A stretch of 64,000 bases of DNA, from positions 1,101 through 65,100 of the forward strand of contig JALOBD010000001.1 of assembly GCA_023228445.1 (NCBI GenBank), written 5' to 3'. This DNA comes from Sphaerochaeta sp. GTDB taxonomy: Bacteria; Spirochaetota; Spirochaetia; Sphaerochaetales; Sphaerochaetaceae. The notes under the pieces were generated by a model. The model saw nothing but the letters and a program-made list of their open reading frames with translations, did not search any database and had not been told where the DNA came from. Each line of letters opens with the position of its first letter. The first letter of the stretch is position 1. A program made the position numbers and the translations under genes. This document shows, piece after piece, positions 28,913 to 39,082 of the stretch.

Positions 28913-30241
28913 TTGGAGAAGAGGCGCACACGTTGGATGATCGGTGATGCTAAGGAACCCTTCATTGTCATCACCAGTCTTGTCGTGGCCTTCCTCCTGC
29001 TCATCTCCTTGGTGGTCTTCCTCACCACCGCCCTCATCGAGCGGGAGCAGCTGCGGATGCAGAGTGAGGCTGAACGCTCCTTCAACTCCGTCTTCCTCGC
29101 CTTGCAAGACTCTACCAGCAAGGCGCAGAAGACGATGGCCGAGGAGAGTGTGAGCGGCATCGGGGTGTACAGCTCGATGGGCAGGCGGGTGTTGAGTTTG
29201 GGCAACGTGCCGATGACCATCCCACTCGACCGGTTCTCCTCCTCGCTGGAGCTCATCAGCAGATCGAACCCCAACACCGGTGTGGCGACGTACAACCGGG
29301 CGACCAAGATGATCGAGTACATCCGCTTCAGCCGCCTGACAATCCTCTTGGACACCGGCCAGCTTACCCTCACCGAGAGTGGGCTCTTGCCCACACCCAT
29401 CGACTTTCCCGATGTCCTTTACCTCATCTTTGACGGGGAGGCGTACCACCGGCGCCTGGTGGTCACCGGGGCCATCGGCATCACCTCGACCTTGGTGCTC
29501 ATCGGCCTCTTCCTGCTGGTATTGAACATCTACCGCTCCAACCGACGCTATCGGGCCACCATCGCCAAGCAGGAGAGCCTGGTCAACCTCGGTCAGGCGG
29601 CACGGACGCTGACCCATGAGATCAAGAATCCGCTCAGCGCCATCACCATCCAGCTGGCCCTCCTGAAGAAGACGCTACCGGGCCACTATGACAGTGATCT
29701 GATCGTCATCGACCAGGAGCTCAACCGCCTCACCCAACTGACCAACAAGGTCAGCGACTTCCTGCGCAATCCCTTGGGAAACCCCGTGCCGGTGGATCTC
29801 AACGACCTGTTGGGTTCGCTGATCAAGTGCTTTGACAAACCCATCTCGTTCAAGAGCGAGAGGCGTTTCTTCATCACCTTCGATGAGGATCGGGCCCGGT
29901 CGGTCTTCGAGAACCTGCTCAAGAACGCGGTGGAGAGTGGCGGTGACGGCGATCCACAAGTCGAGGTCGAGATCGTCAGTGGCAAACGAAACCTGCTGCA
30001 CGTCTTCATCATGGACCGGGGGGAGGGGATTGCTGCCACGGAGCTGCGCAAGATCTTCGATCCCTTCTTCACGACCAAGATCCACGGTTCGGGAATCGGT
30101 CTCTCCATCTCACGCCAATTCGTCAAGGCACGGGGAGGCAACCTGCGCCTCTACCGCCGGGAGGGGGGAGGCACGGTAGCCGAGGTGGTGTTGAGCCGAA
30201 GCATCCACCCGACCAAGAAGAGCACAAAGGACACACCATGA
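28913..30241 (+). CDS. Membrane sensor histidine kinase
   Basis: Two TMs, HEIKNPL H-box, NLLKNA, DRGEGI, FDPFFTTK, GSGIGL; TTG start with GGGAG SD. Confidence 0.93.
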   Translation: MEKRRTRWMIGDAKEPFIVITSLVVAFLLLISLVVFLTTALIEREQLRMQSEAERSFNSVFLALQDSTSKAQKTMAEESVSGIGVYSSMGRRVLSLGNVPMTIPLDRFSSSLELISRSNPNTGVATYNRATKMIEYIRFSRLTILLDTGQLTLTESGLLPTPIDFPDVLYLIFDGEAYHRRLVVTGAIGITSTLVLIGLFLLVLNIYRSNRRYRATIAKQESLVNLGQAARTLTHEIKNPLSAITIQLALLKKTLPGHYDSDLIVIDQELNRLTQLTNKVSDFLRNPLGNPVPVDLNDLLGSLIKCFDKPISFKSERRFFITFDEDRARSVFENLLKNAVESGGDGDPQVEVEIVSGKRNLLHVFIMDRGEGIAATELRKIFDPFFTTKIHGSGIGLSISRQFVKARGGNLRLYRREGGGTVAEVVLSRSIHPTKKSTKDTP

Positions 30242-31593
30242 GAATTTTGATCGTCGACGATGAACCCAATATCCGTGAATTGATGCGTCGCTACCTCAGC
30301 CTCGATGCCATCGACAGTGATTGTGCCGAGAATGGGCTCTCTGCGCAGCGGATGCTCAGCGAGAACCACTACGATGCCTGCCTCATCGATCTGAAGATGC
30401 CCGGCATGGACGGCTTGTCACTGATCACCTGGATTCGCAGCGAGGGCTTTCGCATGCCGATCATCATGATCAGCGCCCATGGGGAGATCAGCGATGCGGT
30501 CACCGCCCTCAAGGAGGGGGCACAGGACTACATCGTAAAGCCCTTTGATCCCGAGGAGCTGGTCATCCGGCTCAAGAAACTCGTCGACGCCCAGCAGCTG
30601 CGCAACGTGGTGGAGAGCGAGGGGCGGGGCAAAGCTGATGAAGGGGGGCCGGTCTTCGTCGGCGAGAGCGCCGCGATAAAGAGAATCAAGGAGATCATCA
30701 GCCGGATCAGCGATACCTCCTCCATCGTCCTCATCACCGGGGAAAGCGGTACCGGCAAGGAGGTTGTCGCGCGCGAAATCCATCGGGCCAGCACCCAGAG
30801 CAGCGGCCCCTTTGTTGCCATCAACATCGGCGGGGTACCGGAGAATCTTCTCGAGAGTGAGCTCTTCGGGTACGAGAAGGGGGCCTTCACCGGTGCGGTG
30901 AGCCGGAAGACCGGGATGTTTGAACTGGCCAGCGGGGGTACGCTCTTCCTCGACGAGATCGGGGACATGCCCCTCTCCTTGCAGGTGAAGATCCTGCGCG
31001 TCTTGCAGGAGCGGCGCATCACCCGTCTCGGGGGGACGACGGCAATGCCGATCAACGCCAGGATCATCGCCGCGACCAACAAAAACCTGGAAGAGCGCGT
31101 ACAGAGCGGGGCGTTCAGGGAGGACCTCTTCTATCGCCTCAATGTGGTGCGGATCGCCATTCCGCCACTTCGCCAACGACGAGAGGACATCCCCGTCCTG
31201 GCTGCCGGCATCCTCAGGCGCCTGAGAGCCGAGATGGGGCACCGGGTCGTCGGCCTCTCGTCGCCAGCCCTCGAATTGCTCTGCCAACATGACTTTTATG
31301 GCAATGTCCGTGAGCTGGAGAATATCCTCGAGCGGGCGGTGATCTTCGCAAATGGAGAGGAGATCCAAAGCGATGAACTCGACCTGCGCGGCTCGGTTCC
31401 CCTTACCACCGGCGGTGAGAAGGATGGACAGAGCCGAGGCGGCCACCCGCTCTCGCTCAAGGAGCTGGAGGCCGAGGCTATCATACGGGCCCTCCACCGC
31501 TGGGAGGGAAACCGCACCCGGGCGGCTGAGGAGCTGGGCATCAGCAGAAGGACGTTGATCAACAAGATTGCCGAGTATGAGTTGAATCTATAG
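30238..31593 (+). CDS. NtrC-family sigma54-dependent response regulator
   Basis: Receiver domain, GESGTGKE, GAFTGA, FLDEIG, Fis-type HTH. Confidence 0.96.
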   Translation: MRILIVDDEPNIRELMRRYLSLDAIDSDCAENGLSAQRMLSENHYDACLIDLKMPGMDGLSLITWIRSEGFRMPIIMISAHGEISDAVTALKEGAQDYIVKPFDPEELVIRLKKLVDAQQLRNVVESEGRGKADEGGPVFVGESAAIKRIKEIISRISDTSSIVLITGESGTGKEVVAREIHRASTQSSGPFVAINIGGVPENLLESELFGYEKGAFTGAVSRKTGMFELASGGTLFLDEIGDMPLSLQVKILRVLQERRITRLGGTTAMPINARIIAATNKNLEERVQSGAFREDLFYRLNVVRIAIPPLRQRREDIPVLAAGILRRLRAEMGHRVVGLSSPALELLCQHDFYGNVRELENILERAVIFANGEEIQSDELDLRGSVPLTTGGEKDGQSRGGHPLSLKELEAEAIIRALHRWEGNRTRAAEELGISRRTLINKIAEYELNL

Positions 31594-31603
31594 GAGAGTG
31601 AAG

Positions 31604-33349
31604 ATGAATATACCATCAGAGTGGGACCTCACGCCCATCTATGTGAGCTGTGAGAGCGCCGAGTTTGCCAACGACCTCGCCCTGGTCGTCGAAGGGGCCA
31701 CCGGCCTGGAAGCCTACCTTCAAGAGAAGGGGTGTGACCTCAAGGAGGCGATCGACCGCTTTGAATCCACCGTCGACCGCTATGCCAACCTCTACGCCTA
31801 CGCTTCGGCGGTGTTGACCCTCAACACCTCCAACGAAGTCGCTCTGAGGGCGGTCAGTCAGGCTGAGGAGGTCTCTCTCGCGGTCGAAAAAGCTGCCGTC
31901 TCACTGATGAACTTCCTTGCCACCCGCGTCGAGGAGATTGCCACGCGAACGGGCGATGGAGGCGATCTCGCACGCTATCGCTATCCGCTTGAGGAGCTCT
32001 TAGAGCAGCAGCGACACCTGATGAGTGCTGAGATGGAGGATTTGGCATCAGACCTTGCCCGCAGCGGCGGCGACGCCTTCAGCCGCCTGCAGCAGGCGAT
32101 GGGGTCGGCCATCAGCACCGAGTGGGGGGATGAGGGGCCCAAGAGCGTGGTGGAGCTACGCAACATGGCAAGCGACAAGGATCGCGAAATCCGGAAAAAG
32201 GCGTATGAGAGTGAGATCAGCCTCTTTGAGGCGTACGAGATTCCCTTCGCCGCAGCCCTCAACGGGGTGACCGGGACCACTCTCACCCTCGCCAAGCGGA
32301 GGAAGTGGGACTCTCCGCTCGACCGCTCGCTCTCCACTTCACGCATCGATCGGGAGATTCTCAACTCCCTGATCACCGCCATTGAGGGAAACTTGGATAA
32401 CTTTCGCCGCTACCTCAAGGCGAAAGCAGCGCTGCTTGGTGTCGAGGAGCTCGCCTTCTATGACCTCTTCGCCCCGGTGGGTGACCATGCACGCTCCTAC
32501 ACCTACCAGGAGGCGCACGCCTTCATCGTCACGCAGTTCTCCACCTTCTCTCCCGCGATGGCCAGCTTCGCCGACAACGCTTTCAAGAACGGCTGGATCG
32601 ACGCCTTCAGCCGCCCCGGCAAGGTTGGAGGGGCCTACGACACCTCCTTCCCACTGGCAAAGGAGAGCAGGATTCTCTCCAACTTCGACAACTCGTTTGG
32701 TGGCGTGTCGACCCTCGCCCACGAGCTTGGCCACGCGTGGCACGACTCGGTGGTGCTCGACAAACCCTACCTGCTGCGCAACTACCCGATGACCCTTGCC
32801 GAGACTGCCTCAATCTTCAGCGAGCAGTTGATCCTCCAGGGAGCGCTCAAGGAGAGTTCACGCGAAGAGCGCATCACCCTCGTCGAACATATGTTGCAAG
32901 ATTCGACGCAGGTCTGTGTCGATATCCTCAGCCGCTTCTACTTTGAGCGTGCCGTCTATGAGCGGCGCGCCGACGGTGATCTCACTGCCGCGGAGTTCTG
33001 CTCGCTGATGGAGGATGCCCAAAAGCGCACCTACGGCGATGGATTGGGTGTCTATCACCGGTATATGTGGGCGGTAAAGAGCCACTACTACCGCTGTGAG
33101 TTCTCCTTCTACAACTACCCGTACGCCTTCGGCCTGCTCTTCGCCCTCGGCCTCTTCGCCCAGGCACAGGAGCAGGGGCCTGGCTTCTTCGACCAGTATG
33201 AGGAGATTCTTGCAGCTGCCGGCAGCAAGAGTGCCCGCGATGTAGCAGCCTTGGCTTCGATCGACTTGGCCGACCAACGCTTCTGGGACGGGGCGATGGG
33301 AGTCATCAACTCCTACATCGAGGAGCTCGTCGATGCTGCTGAGCATTGA
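31604..33349 (+). CDS. M3 family oligoendopeptidase F
   Basis: WDL..IY, GK.GGAY, HELGH, AETAS, FYNYPYAFG. Confidence 0.93.
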   Translation: MNIPSEWDLTPIYVSCESAEFANDLALVVEGATGLEAYLQEKGCDLKEAIDRFESTVDRYANLYAYASAVLTLNTSNEVALRAVSQAEEVSLAVEKAAVSLMNFLATRVEEIATRTGDGGDLARYRYPLEELLEQQRHLMSAEMEDLASDLARSGGDAFSRLQQAMGSAISTEWGDEGPKSVVELRNMASDKDREIRKKAYESEISLFEAYEIPFAAALNGVTGTTLTLAKRRKWDSPLDRSLSTSRIDREILNSLITAIEGNLDNFRRYLKAKAALLGVEELAFYDLFAPVGDHARSYTYQEAHAFIVTQFSTFSPAMASFADNAFKNGWIDAFSRPGKVGGAYDTSFPLAKESRILSNFDNSFGGVSTLAHELGHAWHDSVVLDKPYLLRNYPMTLAETASIFSEQLILQGALKESSREERITLVEHMLQDSTQVCVDILSRFYFERAVYERRADGDLTAAEFCSLMEDAQKRTYGDGLGVYHRYMWAVKSHYYRCEFSFYNYPYAFGLLFALGLFAQAQEQGPGFFDQYEEILAAAGSKSARDVAALASIDLADQRFWDGAMGVINSYIEELVDAAEH

Positions 33350-34487
33350 GAAACTCGTCTCCCAAGGACGTGCGCTTGCCCTCGGCGGCGGGGGCAAGCA
33401 GGTCCTGGTCCGTGAAGCGTTGCCAGAAGAGGTCGTCGAGGCTGCCATCGAGCGGGAACACGCCTCCTACACCATGGCCACAACCACCACGGTCGTTGAA
33501 CCGAACCCCCGGCGTATCACGCCACCCTGCCCATACTGGGGTATCTGCGGGGGCTGCGACTTCCAGTATGCCGAGGCCACCTACCAAGCAGAGGTGAAGG
33601 AGGCGATCGTCATCGACAGCCTCGAGCGTATCGGAGGGGTCAAGGCAGACTCCTATGACATCCAGCAGCAGGTGACTGGCAGTGGATGGGACTACCGTAG
33701 CCGCGCCCGCTTCTTCGTTGACCTACACCAGAGGAGGGTCGGCTTTCTCGGCCGGCTCAGCAACACCCTCGTGCCCATCGACCACTGCCCGGTCCTCGTC
33801 CCCCCGCTCAATGCACTCCTCTCTGACCCCAAGCGCCTCTTCGATGGAGCGCGCCGCGAGATGTTCGCAAACCGGATCACCAAGAGCGGCTTGGTCGAGG
33901 TAGCCGCATTCGCCGACCAGGAGCAGGCGGTGCTCTTGGGCGAGGAGATCAGGGTCGAGGTCGGGCCAAAGGACTTTGTGCTCAGCCCCACCGTCTTCTT
34001 TCAATCAAACCTCCACCTGCTGCCCGCCTTGGGAGCGTACGTGAGCTCGCTGGTCGAGGGAGAGACCGTGATGGACCTCTACAGCGGGGTAGGGACCTTC
34101 GCTTCCTTCGTCGAAGAAGCGGGACGGACCGTCATCGCCGTCGAGCGACAGAAGCAGTGCCTCGCTTTTGCCCGACGCAATGCGCCGAACGCCCGCTTCT
34201 TTACCGAAGCGGCCGAGACATGGGCCAAGCGACAGACAGTGGCGGTTGAGACCATCATCGTCGACCCCCCGAGAACCGGCCTCGACGCCGCCCTCCCATC
34301 CTTGATGGCCTCCTGGAAGCCTCGGCGCATCATCTACGTCAGCTGTGATGAGGCGAGCCTCGCGCGCGATGTGAAGCGTTTTGGCCAATACGGTTACCTG
34401 GTGCGATCGTTGCGGCTCTTCGATCTCTATCCCCAGACCTTCCACACCGAGAGCGTGGTATTGTTGACCAGTGCCAATGATGCTTGA
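33333..34487 (+). CDS. RlmD/TrmA-family RNA m5U methyltransferase
   Basis: TRAM domain, CPYWGICGGC Fe-S motif, FFQSN, DLYSGVG, DPPR, YVSC. Confidence 0.92.
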   Translation: MLLSIEKLVSQGRALALGGGGKQVLVREALPEEVVEAAIEREHASYTMATTTTVVEPNPRRITPPCPYWGICGGCDFQYAEATYQAEVKEAIVIDSLERIGGVKADSYDIQQQVTGSGWDYRSRARFFVDLHQRRVGFLGRLSNTLVPIDHCPVLVPPLNALLSDPKRLFDGARREMFANRITKSGLVEVAAFADQEQAVLLGEEIRVEVGPKDFVLSPTVFFQSNLHLLPALGAYVSSLVEGETVMDLYSGVGTFASFVEEAGRTVIAVERQKQCLAFARRNAPNARFFTEAAETWAKRQTVAVETIIVDPPRTGLDAALPSLMASWKPRRIIYVSCDEASLARDVKRFGQYGYLVRSLRLFDLYPQTFHTESVVLLTSANDA

Positions 34488-34612
34488 CAGCTACAACACG
34501 AGAGGCGGGGTGTTGTAGAATACCTGTAGCAACACGCTCGACTGCGAATGGGTAGCAGAGATGCGTTGGAGAGAAGTGGACCACGACCTGTTTGCGTTAC
34601 ATGGAGGCCATC

Positions 34613-35284
34613 ATGAAGAGAGATCTGGTAGGCAAGGCGCTGATGAAGTTCGCTTCGGCCTTGGCTCTGGCTGCCGTGCTGTTGTTCGTCCCGGCCGGGA
34701 CGGTTCACTACCCCAACGGGTGGCTCCTCCTCTGCCTCCTCTTCACCCCGATGGCCATCACCGGTATTGTGCTGATGTGTACAAACCCAGCCCTCCTTGA
34801 GCGGCGCCTTGCCTCAAAGGAGGATCAGAGAGAACAAAAAGCGGTGACATGGATTGGAAGCCTGGTCTTCTTCTTGGGTTTTGTCAGCGCTGGCCTCGAC
34901 TTTCGCTTCCAGTGGATACCCTTGCCGTCTTGGGTGGTCTGGGCTGCATCATTTCTCTTTCTCGGCGGGTATGGATTGTGGGCAGCGGTGCTGAGAGAGA
35001 ACGAGTACCTCTCGCGCACCGTCCACGTGGAGAGCGCCCAAACGCTCATCGACACCGGGTTGTACGCGATCGTCCGTCACCCGATGTACAGCGCTTCCAT
35101 CATCATCTTCCTCTCCATGCCACTGATCTTGGGCTCGGTGGTCTCCTTCGTGATCTTCCTCGCGTATCCAGTGCTCATGGTGAAACGGATCGCCGGCGAA
35201 GAGGAGATCCTGAGCAGGGAGCTTGCTGGCTACACGGAGTACACACAACGAGTTCGCTATCGCCTCATCCCGTTTGTGTGGTAG
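34613..35284 (+). CDS. Isoprenylcysteine carboxylmethyltransferase-family membrane protein
   Basis: TGLYAIVRHPMY, EEEIL, Y..Y...VRYRLIPFVW. Confidence 0.9.
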   Translation: MKRDLVGKALMKFASALALAAVLLFVPAGTVHYPNGWLLLCLLFTPMAITGIVLMCTNPALLERRLASKEDQREQKAVTWIGSLVFFLGFVSAGLDFRFQWIPLPSWVVWAASFLFLGGYGLWAAVLRENEYLSRTVHVESAQTLIDTGLYAIVRHPMYSASIIIFLSMPLILGSVVSFVIFLAYPVLMVKRIAGEEEILSRELAGYTEYTQRVRYRLIPFVW

Positions 35285-35293
35285 GGTGGGATC

Positions 35294-36172
35294 ATGAAGC
35301 TCACAGTCGCACTCTTGCAATTGAAATCCACCGGATCGCTTGGAGGCAACCTTGAAAAAGGGCTTGCCGCATGTGTTCGGGCCAAGGTGCTGGGAGGTGA
35401 CATCGCCCTCTTTCCCGAGATGTGGAGCTGTGGCTACAATCTCGGTGAGAGCCGAGAAGCGATTCTGCGCGGTGGCGTTGGGGCGGACTCACGCTTTGTC
35501 TCCCTCTTTGGCCAGCTGGCCAAGGAGGTGGGAATGGCCATCGCCATCACCTACCTCGAAGCCGATGGGAGTCGTCTCTTCAATACGATGAGCCTCTTTG
35601 ATCGAAATGGGCACGAGGCGTTACGCTATCGTAAAGTGCATACCTGCGACTTTGACAGAGAACAGTACCTTGACGCCGGCGATGGCTTTGGTGTTGTTGA
35701 TCTGGATACCGCTGGGGGAGCAGTGAAGGTCGGGGCGATGATCTGCTATGACCGGGAGTTTCCCGAGAGCGCCCGGATCCTGATGCTCAAGGGAAGTGAG
35801 CTCATCCTCGTTCCCAACGCCTGCCCGATGGAGCTCAATCGCCTCTCCCAACTGCGGGCCCGCGCCTTTGAGAACATGGTGGGCATCGCGACTGCCAACT
35901 ACCCGATGGGGAGCCCCGACTGCAATGGGCACTCCTCTGCCTTCGATGGGGTGGCATACGTGCCTGGCCGAACGGAGAGCAGAGATACCTGCATCCTCGA
36001 GGCCCCCGCCGAAGAGGGGGTGTACCTTGCACACTTCGACCTTGCCATGATGAGGGCGTATCGCTCAAGCGAGGTGCACGGCAATGCATATCGAAGGCCA
36101 AGCCGGTATCAGGTCATCACCGCAGAGCGTGTTGAGGAACCGTTTGTGCGAGCAGGACGGGTGAAGCGATGA
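35294..36172 (+). CDS. Carbon-nitrogen hydrolase (nitrilase superfamily)
   Basis: Intact E-K-C triad: FPEMW, YRKVH, ICYDREFPE. Confidence 0.92.
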   Translation: MKLTVALLQLKSTGSLGGNLEKGLAACVRAKVLGGDIALFPEMWSCGYNLGESREAILRGGVGADSRFVSLFGQLAKEVGMAIAITYLEADGSRLFNTMSLFDRNGHEALRYRKVHTCDFDREQYLDAGDGFGVVDLDTAGGAVKVGAMICYDREFPESARILMLKGSELILVPNACPMELNRLSQLRARAFENMVGIATANYPMGSPDCNGHSSAFDGVAYVPGRTESRDTCILEAPAEEGVYLAHFDLAMMRAYRSSEVHGNAYRRPSRYQVITAERVEEPFVRAGRVKR

Positions 36173-36951
36173 GCAACGATTTGGATTGGGCGGCCATCAA
36201 CGCAGCGGCCATCGACCGGTGGGTCGAAGAGGGGTGGATGTGGGGGGTACCCATCGATTCTGCGACCTATCGGCGAGCCTGCGAGGGCCAGTGGTCGGTG
36301 GTGTTGACACCGACCAAGGCGGTGCCCACGAGCTGGTTTCCCCCACTGCAGGGAAAACGAGTGTTGGGCTTGGCCAGCGGAGGAGGGCAGCAGATGCCGA
36401 TCTTCGCCGCCCGTGGGGCGGTGTGCACGCTTTTGGACTACTCCCAGCGGCAGATCCAAACCGACCTCTTTGTTGCCGAGCGTGAAGGGTACACGATCGA
36501 GGTTGTCCACGCCGATATGAGCAAGCCACTCCCCTTTGATGACAGCACCTTCGATGTGATCTTCCATCCCGTCTCCAACTGCTATATTGAAGAAGTCGAG
36601 CCGCTGTGGCGCGAGTGCCATCGCATCCTCGCAGATGGGGGTCTCCTGATGGCAGGGCTGGACAACGGCGTCAACTTCATCGTCAGCACGGATGAGCAGC
36701 GCATCATACATCGCCTGCCGTTCAACCCGGTCAAGGATCGGGCGCTGCTGGCAGTGCTCAACCGGGAGGATTCGGGCATACAATTCTCCCACACCCTCGA
36801 GGAGCAAGTCCGCGGACAGATCAAGGCGGGCTTCCGCCTCCTCGACCTCTATGAGGATACCAACGGCAGCGGCTATCTTCATGAGATGGGGGTGCCTACA
36901 TTCTGGGCGACGTTGGCGGTGAAGGGGTGTGGCCAGAGGCCCTCCAGATGA
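36169..36951 (+). CDS. Class I SAM-dependent methyltransferase
   Basis: VLGLASGGGQQ, ADM...LPFDDSTFD, HPVSNCY. Confidence 0.9.
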   Translation: MSNDLDWAAINAAAIDRWVEEGWMWGVPIDSATYRRACEGQWSVVLTPTKAVPTSWFPPLQGKRVLGLASGGGQQMPIFAARGAVCTLLDYSQRQIQTDLFVAEREGYTIEVVHADMSKPLPFDDSTFDVIFHPVSNCYIEEVEPLWRECHRILADGGLLMAGLDNGVNFIVSTDEQRIIHRLPFNPVKDRALLAVLNREDSGIQFSHTLEEQVRGQIKAGFRLLDLYEDTNGSGYLHEMGVPTFWATLAVKGCGQRPSR

Positions 36952-37096
36952 TCGATCGGTCGCCCACTGGCAGTTGGGTATATGGTGGGGGGAGCTGTGA
37001 TCAACGTCGTAGGGCAACGGAATTGATGTACCGTTACGAAGGCGGGATAGTGAACCTGGAACCCTCTTGTGATAGACTACCGGTGAGGAGGCCGAT

Positions 37097-38992
37097 ATGA
37101 AGGATGGATTTGTCAACGTTGCTGTAGCGGCTGTTGAGGTGACCGTCGCGGATACGACTGCCAACACCGCCAGAATCATTGCGCTGATCGAAGACGCGGT
37201 CCGCCAAGATGTACGCATCCTCGTCTTGCCCGAGCTGGTGACCACCGGCCTCTCCTCTGGCGATCTCTTCTTCCAGGAGCAGTTGCAGGGCAAGGCCATC
37301 GAGAGTCTCGGTGCAATACTCGATGCAAGCCGACAGAGCGATCTCGTGATCATCCTCGGCTCTCCCATGATCGTCTGTGGGGCGCTGTACAACTGTGCGG
37401 TGGTGATGCAGGGTGGAGAGGTTCTGGGCGTCGTGCCCAAGGAGCACCTCATCTCCCCCTGTGGCGTCGACCAACGACGATGGTTCGTCCACCCCAAGAC
37501 GGAGTGCCGGGAGATCGAGCTCTTGGGCCAGCAGACCTGGTTTGGCACCGACCTGCTCTTTCGCTGTACGACGCTCACCGACCTGGTTATCGGCTGTGAG
37601 ATCGGGGTGGACCTCTACGACATCGCCCCGCCGAGCAACCGGTTGGCCGTCGGGGGTGCGACGGTCATCGCAAACCCCTCGGTTATCAACGAGCTCATCG
37701 GCTCGCGCGACTACCAGTGCCTCTTGGTCCGTCACCAGAGTGCAAAGCTTGCCTGTGCCTACCTCTACAGCGGCGGCGGGGAGGGGGAGTCGACCACCGA
37801 CTTCGTCTATACCCCTCACCTGATGATCGCAGAGAACGGTCGGTCGTTGGCCAAGAGCAGTGACGAGAGCGGGGTATTGCTGACCGCTGAGATTGATGTA
37901 CAGCGCTTGGCCCTCGAACGGCGAAGGAGGCAGATCACTGCCTGCAACCTCGCCTTCACTACCATCCCATTCGCCCTCGAGATACGTCCCACCACCCTCA
38001 CGCGTACCTTTCCAGCTCTTCCATTCATCCCCAAGGAGGGTGATGAGGCTGAGCGCTTTGAACGCATCCTGACAATCCAGGCCCTCGCCTTGAAGAAGCG
38101 CCTGGTCCACACCAAGATCTCACGTGTCATCCTCGGCCTCTCGGGAGGGTTGGACTCCACCCTCGCCCTGCTGGTTGCAATCAGGACGATCGATCTGCTC
38201 GGCCTTGAGCGCAGTGCCATCAAGGCCGTCTCCATGCCGGGGTTTGGGACGAGCCGACGCACCAAGGGCAATGCACAGAGGTGTGCAGAGCTCCTTGGTG
38301 TCGACTTTCGAACGATTCCGATCGCCAAGGCGGTGACCCAACACTTCAAGGACATCGGCCACGACCCGTCGGTGCACGATGCAACGTATGAGAACAGCCA
38401 GGCGCGTGAGCGTACCCAGATCTTGATGGACCTGGCCAACAGCCTCAATGGTCTGGTCATCGGAACGGGTGACCTGAGCGAGCTTGCCTTGGGGTGGACG
38501 ACGTACAACGGTGATCAGATGTCGATGTACAGCCTCAATGGATCGGTAGCCAAGACGTTGGTCCGTGCCTTGGTGCGCCATGAAGCGAACCGGATGGAAA
38601 CGCCGCTGAGGCGGGTCCTCCTCGATATCGTCGACACCCCGGTCAGCCCGGAGCTGCTGCCCGCCGTCGACGGTGCCATCGCCCAGAAGACCGAACAGAT
38701 CCTCGGCCCCTACGAGGCGCACGATTTCTTCCTCTACTACATCCTGCGTTGGGGGTTTGCCCCACAGAAGGTGCTGCGCCTGGCAACAGAGGCCTTTAGG
38801 GGGACGTACAGCGAGGATGAGCTGAAGGGGTGGCTGGCCACCTTCTACCGGCGCTTCTTCAGAGAGCAGTTCAAGCGTTCATGCATGCCCGATGGGCCGA
38901 AGGTCGGGTCGGTCTCCCTCTCTCCGCGCTCCTCGCTCAGCATGCCCAGCGATGCCAGTGCCCTGCTCTGGCTCAGTGAGATCGATGGCTAG
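37097..38992 (+). CDS. nadE: Two-domain NAD+ synthetase with degenerate glutaminase domain
   Basis: N-terminal C-N hydrolase domain; synthetase SGGLDST, ENSQARERT, GTGDLSE, QFKRSCMPDGPK. Confidence 0.95.
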   Translation: MKDGFVNVAVAAVEVTVADTTANTARIIALIEDAVRQDVRILVLPELVTTGLSSGDLFFQEQLQGKAIESLGAILDASRQSDLVIILGSPMIVCGALYNCAVVMQGGEVLGVVPKEHLISPCGVDQRRWFVHPKTECREIELLGQQTWFGTDLLFRCTTLTDLVIGCEIGVDLYDIAPPSNRLAVGGATVIANPSVINELIGSRDYQCLLVRHQSAKLACAYLYSGGGEGESTTDFVYTPHLMIAENGRSLAKSSDESGVLLTAEIDVQRLALERRRRQITACNLAFTTIPFALEIRPTTLTRTFPALPFIPKEGDEAERFERILTIQALALKKRLVHTKISRVILGLSGGLDSTLALLVAIRTIDLLGLERSAIKAVSMPGFGTSRRTKGNAQRCAELLGVDFRTIPIAKAVTQHFKDIGHDPSVHDATYENSQARERTQILMDLANSLNGLVIGTGDLSELALGWTTYNGDQMSMYSLNGSVAKTLVRALVRHEANRMETPLRRVLLDIVDTPVSPELLPAVDGAIAQKTEQILGPYEAHDFFLYYILRWGFAPQKVLRLATEAFRGTYSEDELKGWLATFYRRFFREQFKRSCMPDGPKVGSVSLSPRSSLSMPSDASALLWLSEIDG

Positions 38993-39082
38993 GATATCTC
39001 TCAATTCTGGGAATTTTTGAACGTTTGTTGTAATCCTTTTCTCCTTCTGCTGTTATAGGTAATAAGGAGCGAATTTCCCACC

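Noticed and set aside
36952-37096. NAD riboswitch upstream of nadE
   Set aside because: No convincing structure; an extended -10 (TGATAGACT) just before the SD implies a short leader
36109-37578. 489-aa minus-strand ORF spanning the MTase and nadE
   Set aside because: Ser/Arg/Pro-rich off-frame shadow opposite two well-supported genes
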